Positions 10,786-22,934 of a stretch of DNA of 64,000 nucleotides are shown here, one piece after another. Location: positions 105,021-169,020 of the forward strand of contig DF237106.1 of NCBI GenBank assembly GCA_000708835.1. Reading direction: 5' to 3'. The notes under the pieces are model-generated. The model was given only the letters and a program-made list of their open reading frames with translations, had not been told where the DNA came from and searched no databases. Within the stretch, counting starts at the first letter, position 1. Every line of letters begins with the position of its first letter. The position numbers and the translations under genes are program-made. This DNA comes from Klebsormidium nitens (Eukaryota; Plantae; Klebsormidiophyceae).

Positions 10786-13700
10786 TCACTTTTGAGCGAC
10801 CAGAACGCCCATGAGCCCATTTGCAATCTCATAGTGGGTAGCCTTCTTGAAGCCCGCCACCTTCGCCATGCGAATCTGCTCCCGACCTGCACAGATCCAG
10901 CCGAAATGAACGCTATTAGCATTCTTGAAGAGGGCCCCAAGATCTTGCAACTGTATTTCGTTCAGTATGCCGTTGTCGATGCGCCTCCGTTCAGTGGCGG
11001 CCGACCATTTTCGGTCTTTCAAAACGAGTGGATTCCTAACGGAGAAGCCAGACTGAGGATAAGGGGAGCAGATCTTAGAGAGCCGGTGACCTTATAACAA
11101 TCTCGCTACACCACTGCCGTATTGGGAGTGCCACTTTGAGGTGTCAATATCCTGCCAGCAAACACTCGGTTTGGAATGTAGTCTTACATTCAAGTGGAAA
11201 ATGCTGCGTTCGAACACGGATACACAGACACACGCATGTTTCACCCTTATGCGCAAACATTCAGACTGGAACGCGTACTGAAACCCAGACTGACTTTGCG
11301 GCATTCGAACACGGAAAACTTCAAACACAAACGTTTCATCTTAATGCGCAACGTTCGGACTGGAACGCGCCACTACTCAGATCGATATTGCTGCAATCAC
11401 ACACGAAACATTACAAACACAGATTTTTTACCCTATTGCACAGTCGTACCTCTTGGGAAGCGCTCAATGCTAGGTCGGAGGTACTCGTACTGCTCCTCCA
11501 CCTGGAACTGGCGGGCGACCGGGACCACCACGTTATCCAATAACCAGCCCTGGTTGAGGAGGGTAAAAGAGGGGGGTTAAGGAGGTGGTTGAGATAAGCA
11601 CGGGCTGGCGGCGCAAATGGACGTGTCGAAAGGTGAGGCTCCCAATGGGCGAGTGCCCCCGAGCAATCTACTCTAAGTGACTGACACTTCTGCTCTAAGT
11701 GAAAACCGATTGGACACTGAACTCCAACGCGAAGCCCCACCTCGACTACAGATAAGCGTAGCATGGTCACATCTGCGCCCCGGGAAAAACTCAGTAGTTG
11801 CCCTCTTCGATTCCACGGTACCGGGAATGCCTTCCCGGTCACATCTGCCATGTCTCGGAAGTTCGGTACCGAGGACAGGAACACTTTTCGTTTCCGTGAC
11901 ATCCGAGTGATGAGTTGCCAGCCTGCTTCAAGAGGTCAGCTTCGTACGGCTTCGTTGGCAATGCTTCACAAACATTCAAGCAAACGCAAGCTTCAGGTAT
12001 CGGTGGTGGTAACATGAAGCTTTCCGCTAAAACGGAATCCTTGAGCAGATTTGGAATTTCGAGCTTGCTTTTCGTTAAAAAGGTTGATTTATGCTAGGCC
12101 AGTCCCAGAACAATCCACTCGAACTGGGCTGATAAGCAAGGCGTGAACTTAGGTTGAGCTGATACAATCGGCTAAAAGTGATTCTTTGAGATCTGAGAAA
12201 AGGTAACTGATTTTAGAACAAGAAGCGGCCAGAGACAGACTTTAAGTTTTGCAAAAACGCGAGGCCTGAAAGAGCTGCAGAAAGGTGTAAGAGAAGAATC
12301 TCAAAGCGAAGTCGTTGGAAAAAGGAGCGTCAGGATCGCTCACCTGAAGCTCACCAATTACTGTACCACTAGCGTTGTTGAAGTCTAGAATGGCGACACT
12401 TGCGCCTGCACAGAGGAACATAAACGAGTACGTCCGTCAGTGCTTTCTTGCTTTGCTTAAACGAGGGGGGCGCATCAGCCACAAAACATCGATCTACCTA
12501 TTGCATACGCTCCAGCCAACTTGCCAAGCAAAAGAGGTCTATCTCTCGCTTCAAACTTGCTTGGATAATTTCTGTCTTTTAATTTTCAGGAGCAACAGGA
12601 GATGCCTTTTAAGGCCAAGACAAGCCTTTGAGGTTGTTCGATATTCAGCGACTGGTTTAGGTTGTTGGCAAAGAGTTGAGCAGGAAAAACGCCGAAGTCC
12701 GTCAAGGAGACCTTCGAAGGACGAAGCCACCTCCGTCAGAGTCTAGTAAGTAATAATCTGGGAGACTAAGCCTTTTTCTAGGGCAGGGATCAAGTTCGCC
12801 ATGAGAGAGGGCGATTGCTGCACGAAGCGCTGCATTGACGCGGCCTCTACCATTAAAAATCCCAACTTACATTCCTTTCTGCGAGAAACTTTTCGAAGAT
12901 CACGGCGACGGCTTCAGGAAAAGGTGACAGCTTCTTATGAGGTTCATCTGAAGGGGAAGTCAAACCTCTTACCTGGTTTTAAGACACGGTGGATCTCCCG
13001 CAGGCTGCGGGGGATGTCAGTAACGTTCCGGAGGCCGTACCCCATCGTAGCTGCGTCGAAGGCATTCGAATCGAACGGCAGTGAGAGGGCGTCGCCTTCA
13101 ATCCACCTGGACAGGGGGCCGCTTATTTAGTCAAGACTTTGGTCTTATTCGGATCCAAGCCGTCCTTGGTTATCTTGTCAAAGACTAAGAGGGCGTCACC
13201 TTCATCCACCTGGACAGGGGAGCGCTTATCAAGTCACGGCCACCGCTTCTTGTTGGAAATTCGTCGTCCTCATTTGGCTTCTCTGGTCTGACATTTGGGC
13301 GCTCGAAAGGTTTGGCTTGTTGAGCCAACTTCGGCGGTCGCAGAGTGAAAAGTTGGACAGCGTCTTAAATGCCTCAATGTTCCGCGAGCTCCTAACCCGA
13401 AGCGTCATACTGTATATATACGATTACAATCATGCATGAAAAAGGCGACGTCCTCGAAGAGAGAAAACTGTGCGAAAATGAGCCCCATAAGTTCGAATTC
13501 TGAGTATCGATCGGGTAGTCTGGAATCCAGCGTGGCAATACGAGCCAAGTCAACCGCTCGAGCAAGGGATGCTGGCGGATGCAAGCTGGCGGATGAGAAG
13601 CCAGAACGCTTCAGCGCAAAGGAGCTCACTTCATTCTGAGTTTCGACGCGGTATACGAAGCATCTTGCCTCGCTGCCGCCACCCCCAACTGCTCCGACGA

Positions 13701-15871
13701 GAAGTCGAGGCCAGTGACCTGTGGATAGAGGTTTTTTTGGTGTTCGGCTTCTGAAGTCAGGGCGCTGATGACAATACGTGAAGGCTTTCGAAACACGTCA
13801 AGAAGTGTGCAAAAGCAACAGCGTACTGCTGATAATCGGCGATGGCGGCGGCGCTCTTCAAATTTTCTAGGGCGGGGTAACTGACCGACTTCGAGATGGT
13901 TAATCTTTACAAAGCATTTGACATTTAGACGGAGGGAGATCCCAGCTTCGCAAAACTCGTTGTCAAGAACTTTCACATCGAGGTCCAGAGAGCGGGTTGG
14001 AAAGTTGCGAGTCCCCAGCTGAGGCCTGCTGTGTCGAGGCATCCCTTTGTGGTCAGCGGTCAAGAACTGAGAGCCTTGAAAATACGCAGTTTGCATAGGC
14101 CGTCATAACGATGTGTAGGTGGTTGGCTACAGGAACAACTTCCCCGCAAATCCTCGACGTGCTCTTTGCAGTATTAAAACTGAAAGATAAGCGGCCGCGT
14201 ACATCGGAAATTCTTTCACCTTTCGATTTTTCATCTGTCATAACTAGATGGAGAAGACACGCTACGAGTCCTGCCAGTGTGCCTTCTGATCTCAATACCC
14301 CATTAGAAAAGCCCGAGATTCTGAGACCGACAAACCAGATATTTAGAGGATTAGAAGCACTAAAGTAAGAACCTTGAAAAGTTGGACACTCACCTGGCCC
14401 TCAGGTCCTACAGTCTCTGCTAACAGGAAGGCGACATCCCCACTGCCGCAACAAATGTCTAGAACGTTGTCGCCCTTGGCTGCTCTGCTCATGCACAAAG
14501 ACAGGTACTTTTCTCGTTGATTGGCGAACAGCGAAGGGAGCGGCAAAACCCGATCCGGCAGGTCGGGTGTTCCTAAGGAGGCCGCTCATCGGACATTTCT
14601 TCGGACGTGGCCCTAAAACCTTTGGACGCGGCCTAAGACTCTTGGATGCGATCCGAAAATATTGTTTTGACATCCGGACTGTGGCCCGACGGCTGTCTCT
14701 GAATCAAAAGGCCGTTCATCTTTCTTATGCCTGCCCTAGTCTTTGCTTCAAGCTCCTTGCAACCCAAAGCTCTACTTCGGTCTGACGACAATCATACCCA
14801 AGAGCACAGCTTTGCCGAATCCAGAAGGAGAAACCTCCCGATTTTCGGTTCCCTTCCGCCTCCCTGCCCCGCATTTGCGGAAAAGGATGCGCGATAACAC
14901 TAGTGGCTACGAGAAGCCCGCTCCAGGAGAACGTGTAACTCTTGACTGCGCATTCCAGAAGCCCAGAAAGTGCAGACTTTTATGAATCCACGTTGACCAG
15001 ATTGTTCTGTCCAGAAGAGCCAAGTATCAAAAAAAGGGTTACCTGCTCCACTTGACTGCCATGCGCTTCCATATCCGGTGTTGCCCCAGGGAGAGCCAGT
15101 CGTTCAACTGCAGCTAACACAGCGACGCGCTTTGAGCGAGCATGAGAGATATGAAAGTCTGGTGGTCAATTCAGGCAAACCTTCGTCACATTGACGACTG
15201 CCATGCGAAGGGCCTCAATGGCGACTGCAGCGATGGGAAATTAGAAAAAATCATCTGACTTCTTATGTGAACTGGGTGTTCATCTCTGCACGAACAGATC
15301 TCTCCGATTTCGATCAAAGCGTACAGAGCCCTGCAAGGTGTATATACCCACCTATGATACAAGATCAAATACTTGCCGTCAAAGGGATACCCTGTCCTGC
15401 TTTTAAAGCCTTTCTCCAGGGGGAACTTCTGGAGCCCGGAACAATGCATTCTGACATTTCTCAAAGCAGCCACATAGATTCAAGAACTTTGCTGGAAAGC
15501 TGTGATGAAGGCCAGAGCCATTCCAAAGGTACACAATAAATCGTACATCTTACCATGCAAACGTCCGCAACAGGGCAGAAACCTTCCTAGCATAAAATAC
15601 TCCTGTCCATAACACACACCTGATCATACATGGGGGCAATTTGATTGAACAGCTTTTGCCGCTTCTGAGACTCTGCCTCCTCTGATGACTCAACAGAGAC
15701 ACCACTATAGGCTGCTCTCCCGTTACTTCCTCTGCGCTCCTCCTCATCCACAGCAGTCAGCGGGGCAGCGCTGCTGGCATCGCCGCTGACATCATCTCTG
15801 TATGATGCACTGACAGGTGGCAGCAGGTGGCGCCGAGTGGTTTTCCTGGTTTCACTAAGTGGACCTGCCAT
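10786..15871 (-). CDS. MENG: 2-phytyl-1,4-naphthoquinone methyltransferase (UbiE/MenG family, phylloquinone synthesis). Exons: 15871?-15620, 15107-15043, 14484-14394, 13718-13630, 13106-12973, 12405-12344, 11549-11450, 10886-10786
   Basis: Spliced motifs: LFNQIAPMYDQ|LNDWLSLGQHRIWKRMAVKWS, VLDICCGSGD (SAM motif I), VTGLDFS, WIEGDALSLPF, MGYGLRNV, EIHRVLKPG, ILDFN, and C-terminal HYEIANGLMGVLVAQK*. All introns are GT-AG with matching phases. The start is uncertain (in-frame ATG 15871; an alternative ATG 15996 with a GTAAGT donor could not be joined in frame). Confidence 0.93.
13083..13236 (-). repeat. Imperfect ~48-bp direct duplication spanning a MENG 3' splice site
   Basis: 13083-13132 gagagggcgtcgccttcaatccacctggacagggggccgcttatttagtca versus 13189-13236 agagggcgtcaccttcatccacctggacaggggagcgcttatcaagtca. 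Confidence 0.9.
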
Positions 15872-16618
15872 CAGAATTGACAAGCATGAGTATGCGGAAC
15901 ACTTACAATCAACCGTGGAGGCTCTGTTTGATGCAATTGTCGGAGCTTCTTAGCCAGGCTTGCTGCCCTTGGGATTTGAAGCTGAGCGCAAGCCATGCGG
16001 TTGTTGAGGACGATTTGAGAGATTAAGAGCAGATTTATCTCATGACGGGGCGATGCTTTGCAAGTGGTTGAATGTTTAGGTGGTGTGCAATGTAAGAACA
16101 CAATGTCAAAATTGACTAAGGAGGAATGTGGATGGGATTTTTGAGTGGACTTTGAGCACCACCACCTTTCTAGCCTTTTCAAATTCCCAAAGAAGCACCG
16201 AACATCATTCTGACCAAAACCAATTGCTTTCGATCATTCCCAAGCCCCCAATCTTGTTCGATTGCTGGCATTTCATGCAATGTGGCAAGCAGTCGCACGC
16301 AGTGCCATTTGCTGGCCAATACATGTAAAGTCCCCCCCTGCAGTTTGGGAACAGCATTCCACTCACGGTGTCTTTGCTCCATCTCAAGGGCTCCGATACG
16401 CAAGACCCGCCTCCTCCTTCCAACATTCACAACCCTTGTCGGCAATTCCTTCCCTACCACTTCATTGTACCCTGCCCTCTGACAAGAAGCATGAAGCTGC
16501 GCCGAGGAAGTCAAGCGGAAGCAAACAGAGGTACCCGCCATCTGGAACGTCTTCTGACAACGCAATCAAAGCGGTGCTGAAGCGCCCTAACAGTAGTAAC
16601 TGGCTCACAATTGATAAT

Positions 16619-16634
16619 ATTGACAATTGTCAAT
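16619..16634. promoter_or_regulatory. Perfect 16-bp palindrome ATTGACAATTGTCAAT in the divergent MENG/kinase intergenic region
   Basis: The palindrome is read directly, with three CAATTG hexamers within 30 bp. Any regulatory role is inferred only. Confidence 0.35.
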
Positions 16635-17093
16635 TGGGACTTTCGATCATGAGTTCAATATGTGATTCTCTTTTCCCCACCAGAATTCGGGTAGGTAATA
16701 CAGAACAAAGTTGAGCTCATCTGGGCTTGGTTAGATTAGTATTAAACCTACCGAGTCTCGTGCCATTTGGCAATCAGGGCAGCAACCTTGACCGGTCCTC
16801 AAACCCGGACAGAAACCGACGCTAACCTGGCCTCTTGACCTGCTTCCATGGAAATTAGGGTTCCGAGTCCCCTCTTCACTGAAGTCATTCCTCCTTGAAC
16901 TTGAAGATCAATGCTTGTTCTTCCAATCACAGCAGGTAAATCTTTCCCATTCCTCAACACATCAGGTTGTGTTGAGGTGCCTGTTTGGAAAACTCGAAGC
17001 ATCGCCATCCAGTGAGAAGTCACTTCCTTCCCTCTTAAATCAGCTTGAAAGTTTGCAAAGTCGCTGCGTGCGGCTCCCTGATCGGATGCAAGC

Positions 17094-20000
17094 ATGGGGT
17101 GCACCCTCTCGGTATGGAGTACCCTCTATGACTCGGTGGTTCCAAACGGCAGCGATGTGTGGATTGGCGACAGGAGGTTCAGGGTGGTTAAGGAGCTGGG
17201 AGAAGGCGGGTTTGCCTTTGTGTACCTGGTGAAAGAGATGCCCACTGAGAGGCCGCAGGAGCGCCCGACCTCTTATGTAGCCGGTGAGAGGAGGATTGCG
17301 TCGCAGCTTATATGCTTGATCTTTCGTGGCGGGCAGTGAATATCTTTAACAGGTGACTGAGGGCGACATTGAGATGATACTGGTTCATCAGGGAAAGAAG
17401 TACCGTATATAGAATCAACGGGCATCATAAATGTCAGATCTCAGTAGGCGATTGAGCTTCTGGGACACCTCCTGCAGTGACCAGCGACACCACATAATCA
17501 ATCTAACTGCAACGTTTGCCTGTTAAGATGGTCGGAACAGCGTCTCACTAATCAGTTGGACGCATGTTTTGACCTCCTCACTTGATCGCAAGTTTTTGAA
17601 TAAAAGAGTGGCGGGGGGATCTTGTGCGAAGAAGGTCATGATGCTTTGACACTCCCACTGGAGACCCATCACACCACAAGAATGAGGGAGGCTGCGCAAC
17701 ACCACTTTCAATGATCCCTGTCGCCAATTCAGAGGGCTTCAGGACATAGACATAGTAAAAACGACTGTCCTTCTGCAGTCACTGGTCGATGGCGGTGGCC
17801 CACAGAGTTTGTTTTCACACCCCTTTCTGGAAGTCTGGCTGTTTGCACCATACCGGTATCATCTCTACTCAATTTCGACTTTCCCTGATGAAGATTTTCA
17901 GTTGGTTACATGAATCCAACCCTCCCAGGTTCCTAGATCAGCGACTGAAGCTCCTTGGAAGGGAGGATTGCTCCCAATAATTGGTTGTAGAAAAGTGCGG
18001 GTCTCGGTCTTGATGTGCAGATGACGGCCAGTACGCAATGAAGAAGTTTCTGATCCAGACAGAGGAGCAACTACAACTAGTGAAGCAGGAGGTGGTTTCG
18101 TCGACGCGCTTTCAGCACCCCAACCTGCTCCCCCTCCTCGAACACTCCATCATCACAGTCAAGGTAGACTCCGGCCCTATATGTGGCACTTGACAAAAGA
18201 ACCGAGGCTGTGTGCAGATGTTTCAAGGTGTGGTTTGAACCTATCTTTGCTTTTCAACTGGCTGCGGCATGTAGGGGGTTAAACTATTATTGGCACCCGC
18301 AGATGGGAATAGTTTTCGTCTCAGGAGTCTGAAAGGGTGGCTTACTTTATTGGTTAGGGCGCTTATTGGTTAAAAGAGCAAGGCAGTTGACGTGAACCTG
18401 GAGTATCCGCACCTGACCCTCTTCACTTTAACAAATTAAACCGGGCTTCAGAGTTCATGGGAGTAGGAAAAAGACCAGTGATCGATCATCTTTATGCGAC
18501 GCACTGAAGAGACACATTTCTCGCAATCATAACGGATATTACAGTTGTTAGTGTCAAAATTGCCATTCCATTTTCCTTGTGTCGAGATTATATCTGCACC
18601 CATCAATCCATCGGCTGAGAGTCCATTTTCAGTGGTATGGTCCAAGATAAAAAGTCATGCTGTGAGCATTTGTAACCCCGGTGGCAACTTTGACGCAAAC
18701 AAGCTATGTCGTTTTGCAGGATAAGCACGTTTCCCCGCAAGGCGCCCTGGACGGGAACTGGACCCGGGAGGCGTACTTTTTGTTTCCCGTCTACCGAGAG
18801 GGGACGTTACAGGATGCAATCTCACAGATGCAGGAGACAAAGGATTGCTTCTCAGCGCCAGAGGTCCTACAGATTCTGAAGCAAGTGAGTCTTTGTTGTC
18901 AAGTGCGACAATCACGCATCATGACACTGCTGATTTTGTTCGATACGAATCATGGTCGGAAGAAGGCACGTGGATGGTGTGCTTGTATCTGATTGGGGTT
19001 CCATTCCTGGACTGTCTCGGGCTTCCAGCTTGTTGGGGCGTGCTTTTACAGCAGGGTGTTCTAAGATCGTCTTGAAGTCCGAATTTTCCCTTTATTTGAC
19101 GTCACCGAGTGAAACATGGCTCAGTGAAAAGACTCCTTGCCATCGCCCTGATTTACCGTCCTGGAAGAATCGAAGCGAGGATGCAAGCTTGGTTGTGAAC
19201 CGGAACAGGGGGCCACATACTCCTGTATTACCGCTTCTGATCTGCAGATGCATATCTTTTAAGGCCGTTCAATTCGTCGTGAGGGACCAATCTTTTGACA
19301 GATAGCAGTGTGCGTGGAGTCTTGCCACCCCTATCACAAGAGCTTGCGACTGCCCTTTTCTTCCGAATGCTTCCGATCCGGCCAAGCTCGGGCCAGACCC
19401 TCTTCGAACGAAGTTCGTCCTCACCTGGACATCGATGATCCTACACTTTGAACCCACCAACCATGAACATCTTGTATTCGAGGGCTGAAAATTCCTCTAC
19501 CCGCACCAACACGCCGGTTGGGCAGAATTTTGCTTAATAATCACTTACGTACCTTCCGGAAATTGGGCAAGTCATTCTGAAACATTGAGCATTTGAAATT
19601 CGTGATGGAACTTGGAATATCTGCACAAAAACCCTTTTTCACCAGCCAGAATAGTCCAAAGATAAAATATCAAAATGTCATTCATTCGAAAGTTTGGGCA
19701 GAATGAATAAAACGAATTCATAGCAATGAAAAGTTTGTGCAAAATCAAAAATACTTAATTGATGCCCAACCAGCGTGTTAGTACGGGTATCTGTTTTCGC
19801 TTCCGCTCTGTCCGCACGCCTTGCTAAGCGTCTCCCTCCGTGCACAGATCTGCGGCGGCCTACTCGTGATGCACTCGAGCGACCCCCCCTTTGCGCACAA
19901 CGACATCAAGCCGGGGAACGTGCTGCTAGAGCGGCGGAGCGGAAACATAAAAGCGGTGATCATGGACTATGGCAGCGTGTCCCCTGCACGACGAAAGGTG

Positions 20001-21317
20001 TCTACCAGGAAAGAGGCGCTCGTCCTGCAGGTAGGGCCCGAAAAGGATCTATTCTGAAGAAGCGACGTGCTCGACCTTTCATAAACTGTAACGGAGTTCG
20101 TCAGAGGTCGACTCCGTTGCCTTGGTGTCAAGATGTCCTTCAGCGTTTCGTCAACTTGAACTCAGTTGACGACAGGATGTGAGCCAGGGCTTTTTTTGGC
20201 TCGATCTAAAATTGGGATGGCTGCAGACTTAACCGTAGAAAAGGAAGAGTGTTGGGTTGTGATCTCCAAGGACGTACGGATCTTGAAAGTTTGAAGGATT
20301 AGAAGGAATAAGAAGCATATTCTGTTGGTGAGATTCAAAACAGGTAGAAGAAGCATGGACTTGTGCGACTTCGATGTCCTTAAGTTACCATGTACTGCAC
20401 GCGCAGGAGGCCTTGGGTTTTCCGCCACAGTATCATACTTACATGATCAAAGGCTAAAATTCCTGCACTTTATCGCTTGGCAGGAGTGGGCTGCCGAGCA
20501 CTGCACTGCCCCCTACCGCGCCCCCGAGCTCTTCGACACCCCCAGCTCGTGCGAGATCGACGAGCGGACGGACGTTTGGTCGCTCGGGTGCACGCTCTAT
20601 GCTATCATGTGAGCTTTATCGATCTTCGAATCCTTCCTTCTCCCTGAAACACTACCGCTGAGAGCGTGATTTGTTTCGATTCCATCGAAAGGGGCTCTTG
20701 TGGACCTAGTGTGTATGGACTGGCTCTATATGAGCGGTAGAAGGGTCTATGTGAACAGGCTCAATTTTACAAATGTCGAAAGACCGAGTGCGGAGAAGAA
20801 GCGGTAATATTGTTGTCTGGGCTGGGCCGGTGTGGAAGGAGTCGGTAAAACTGCTGACACTTGATGTGAAATGGAAGGGCTCTGTGCGAGTCTGTAAGGA
20901 CACGGGCTCTTCATTGTCTCTCTGGTTACCCACGTTGGCTGTTAAACACAGCTTTCCGTGCTGCATATCTGCAGTGTGTCCGAGCGCTCTGTCATGTGTG
21001 TCCGAGCGCTCTGTCATGTCTTAACCAAAAAAAGTATGATAGGTTGAAACTTGATACAAAAGCTTCGACGTCTTCGCAGGTACCACGTCAACCCCTTCGA
21101 GTTTGCCGTTAACGACAAGGGAGGCGGTGGCAGTCTAGCACTCGCGGCAATAAGCGGCCGTGTACAATGGCCCACAAGTCCAGTAAAAAGCTATCCCCCT
21201 AGTTTTCACGACCTAGTATTGTCGATGCTCAACACGGATTGGACGAGACGGCCTCACATACGGGACCTTTGCAGAACTGTTGAAAATATGATAAGCACGC
21301 TGCCGCCTGAGATGTGA
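17094..21317 (+). CDS. NAK-family Ser/Thr kinase, STK16/MPSK1-like. Exons: 17094-17283, 18021-18163, 18720-18884, 19848-20030, 20484-20608, 21080-21317
   Basis: The N-terminus is MGC (myristoylation/palmitoylation type as in STK16). Kinase motifs: LGEGGFAFVYLV, YAMKK, HPNLLPLL, HNDIKPGNVLL, MDYGS, CTAPYRAPELF, TDVWSLGCTLYAIM, RRPHI. All junctions are GT-AG and in phase. Confidence 0.93.
20975..21018. repeat. Perfect 2x22-bp tandem duplication in the last kinase intron
   Basis: tgtgtccgagcgctctgtcatg repeated twice. Confidence 0.95.
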
Positions 21318-21532
21318 TTGCCCTTCGTTTTGACCTCTAACTAACTGAGATAGATAGGACAGACACTAACGTCTTCATACGTTCACTGACTCGATCTGAA
21401 TTAATGTAACTTGATACTGCTCAAACCGAACTCGCAAATTCGAGCTGGAAGGAGATGTACGTTGTGCATGCCCAAATTGTAGATGCATTGCGTACTATAT
21501 AGCACGCAATATTACACGTACATGCGTGCATA

Positions 21533-21921
21533 TAAGTACGTGACTGCGTCCTAGCTGCGCACTGCATCAGATAACAAGTCGAATCCACTCATGCATGAGT
21601 NNNNNNNNNNNNNNNNNNNNNNNNNNNNNNNNNNNNNNNNNNNNNNNNNNNNNNNNNNNNNNNNNNNNNNNNNNNNNNNNNNNNNNNNNNNNNNNNNNNN
21701 NNNNNNNNNNNNNNNNNNNNNNNNNNNNNNNNNNNNNNNNNNNNNNNNNNNNNNNNNNNNNNNNNNNNNNNNNNNNNNNNNNNNNNNNNNNNNNNNNNNN
21801 NNNNNNNNNNNNNNNNNNNNNNNNNNNNNNNNNNNNNNNNNNNNNNNNNNNNNNNNNNNNNNNNNNNNNNTGACTTCGTTAGTCTGATGCAGTGCGCAGC
21901 TAGGACGCAGTCACGTACTTA
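21533..21921. mobile_element. MITE-like / foldback element: 39-bp perfect inverted repeats flanking an assembly gap
   Basis: 21533-21571 taagtacgtgactgcgtcctagctgcgcactgcatcaga is the exact reverse complement of 21883-21921. The repeat extends imperfectly inward to the gap. The outermost bases are TA on both sides, compatible with a TA target-site duplication. The interior is N. Confidence 0.55.
21601..21870. other. Assembly gap (270 N)
   Basis: Run of N. Confidence 1.
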
Positions 21922-22934
21922 CATCACATGTGACCGGAGCGTCATGCATGATCCTGCATGGATGCTGGCGGCCCGGGCCATGCATGTGGTCGCATACGTG
22001 CCATCCGGCTAGGCGGCATCATTTGAGAACACATTATCATTGGAGACAGTACGTGCATGTAGGTAGTCTTAAACTTGGACTGAAGTTGGACTGAAAAGAC
22101 TTTGTGCAGAATGATGACTTATGAATCTGGCCAACCATGCAATAAACAAGCTCGCCGGCAGTTGAATGCAATATCAGGTTGTATGCACAGGCGGCAAAGC
22201 GGTTGAAAGCGGACACATGGTACGTCGAAACAGGCTGCCTATTGACCAAACGCTCCAGTTTGCCGGGACTTGCAAGTCGGATGCTTGTTGCATTCTGAGT
22301 CCATCCTGTAGATCGTGCTGGCTGGCAAAACTCGACATGTGAAGTGGGTGCAAATAGTTGCAAGGCCTGTGTCGCCGAGAGCGCCAGGCAGACACTGACA
22401 GAGCTAGTAAAAGCAAAGCGTCGATCAGGAAATGATCAATACGGGCATGTACGCGCAACGCTCTTTTCCATCATACGGTGCGGCACGGCCTAAGACCGTG
22501 GCTTGCGGCCATGGCGGCAGCAATTATAAGTATGTATCGTACATGGCCCGTTGTCTGAATGAAAGTCAAATTCAGAAGACGATAATAGGCTACCGTCAAT
22601 GCGTCCGATCAAACTGATCAGAAGTAGCTAGCTTACGAGCATAAGAGTGCGTCGGGCCGCGGTCGGGCCCCAACTTTCGGCCCCCACAGTCGAGCCACTT
22701 GAGAAACGCAGTCTCGAAGGTCAGAGTACATATTCAGGGAGCCATGCGGTGCAACTGCAGACTAGCTAGAGACGGGTAGGCAACTCTGACTCTATTTACA
22801 ACGCTCGAGCCACATGCTTACAGTCCTGTAGTCTTCTGTACAAAGCCTATAGAAGCGGAGGATGCACCCAGGTGCAGATATGCATGGTATTCCTTCGCCT
22901 CATGTACCATCAAACAGCCCTCCTGATTCTGACG

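Noticed and set aside
21591-21887. ORFs made of X residues
   Set aside because: Artefacts of translating through the N gap.
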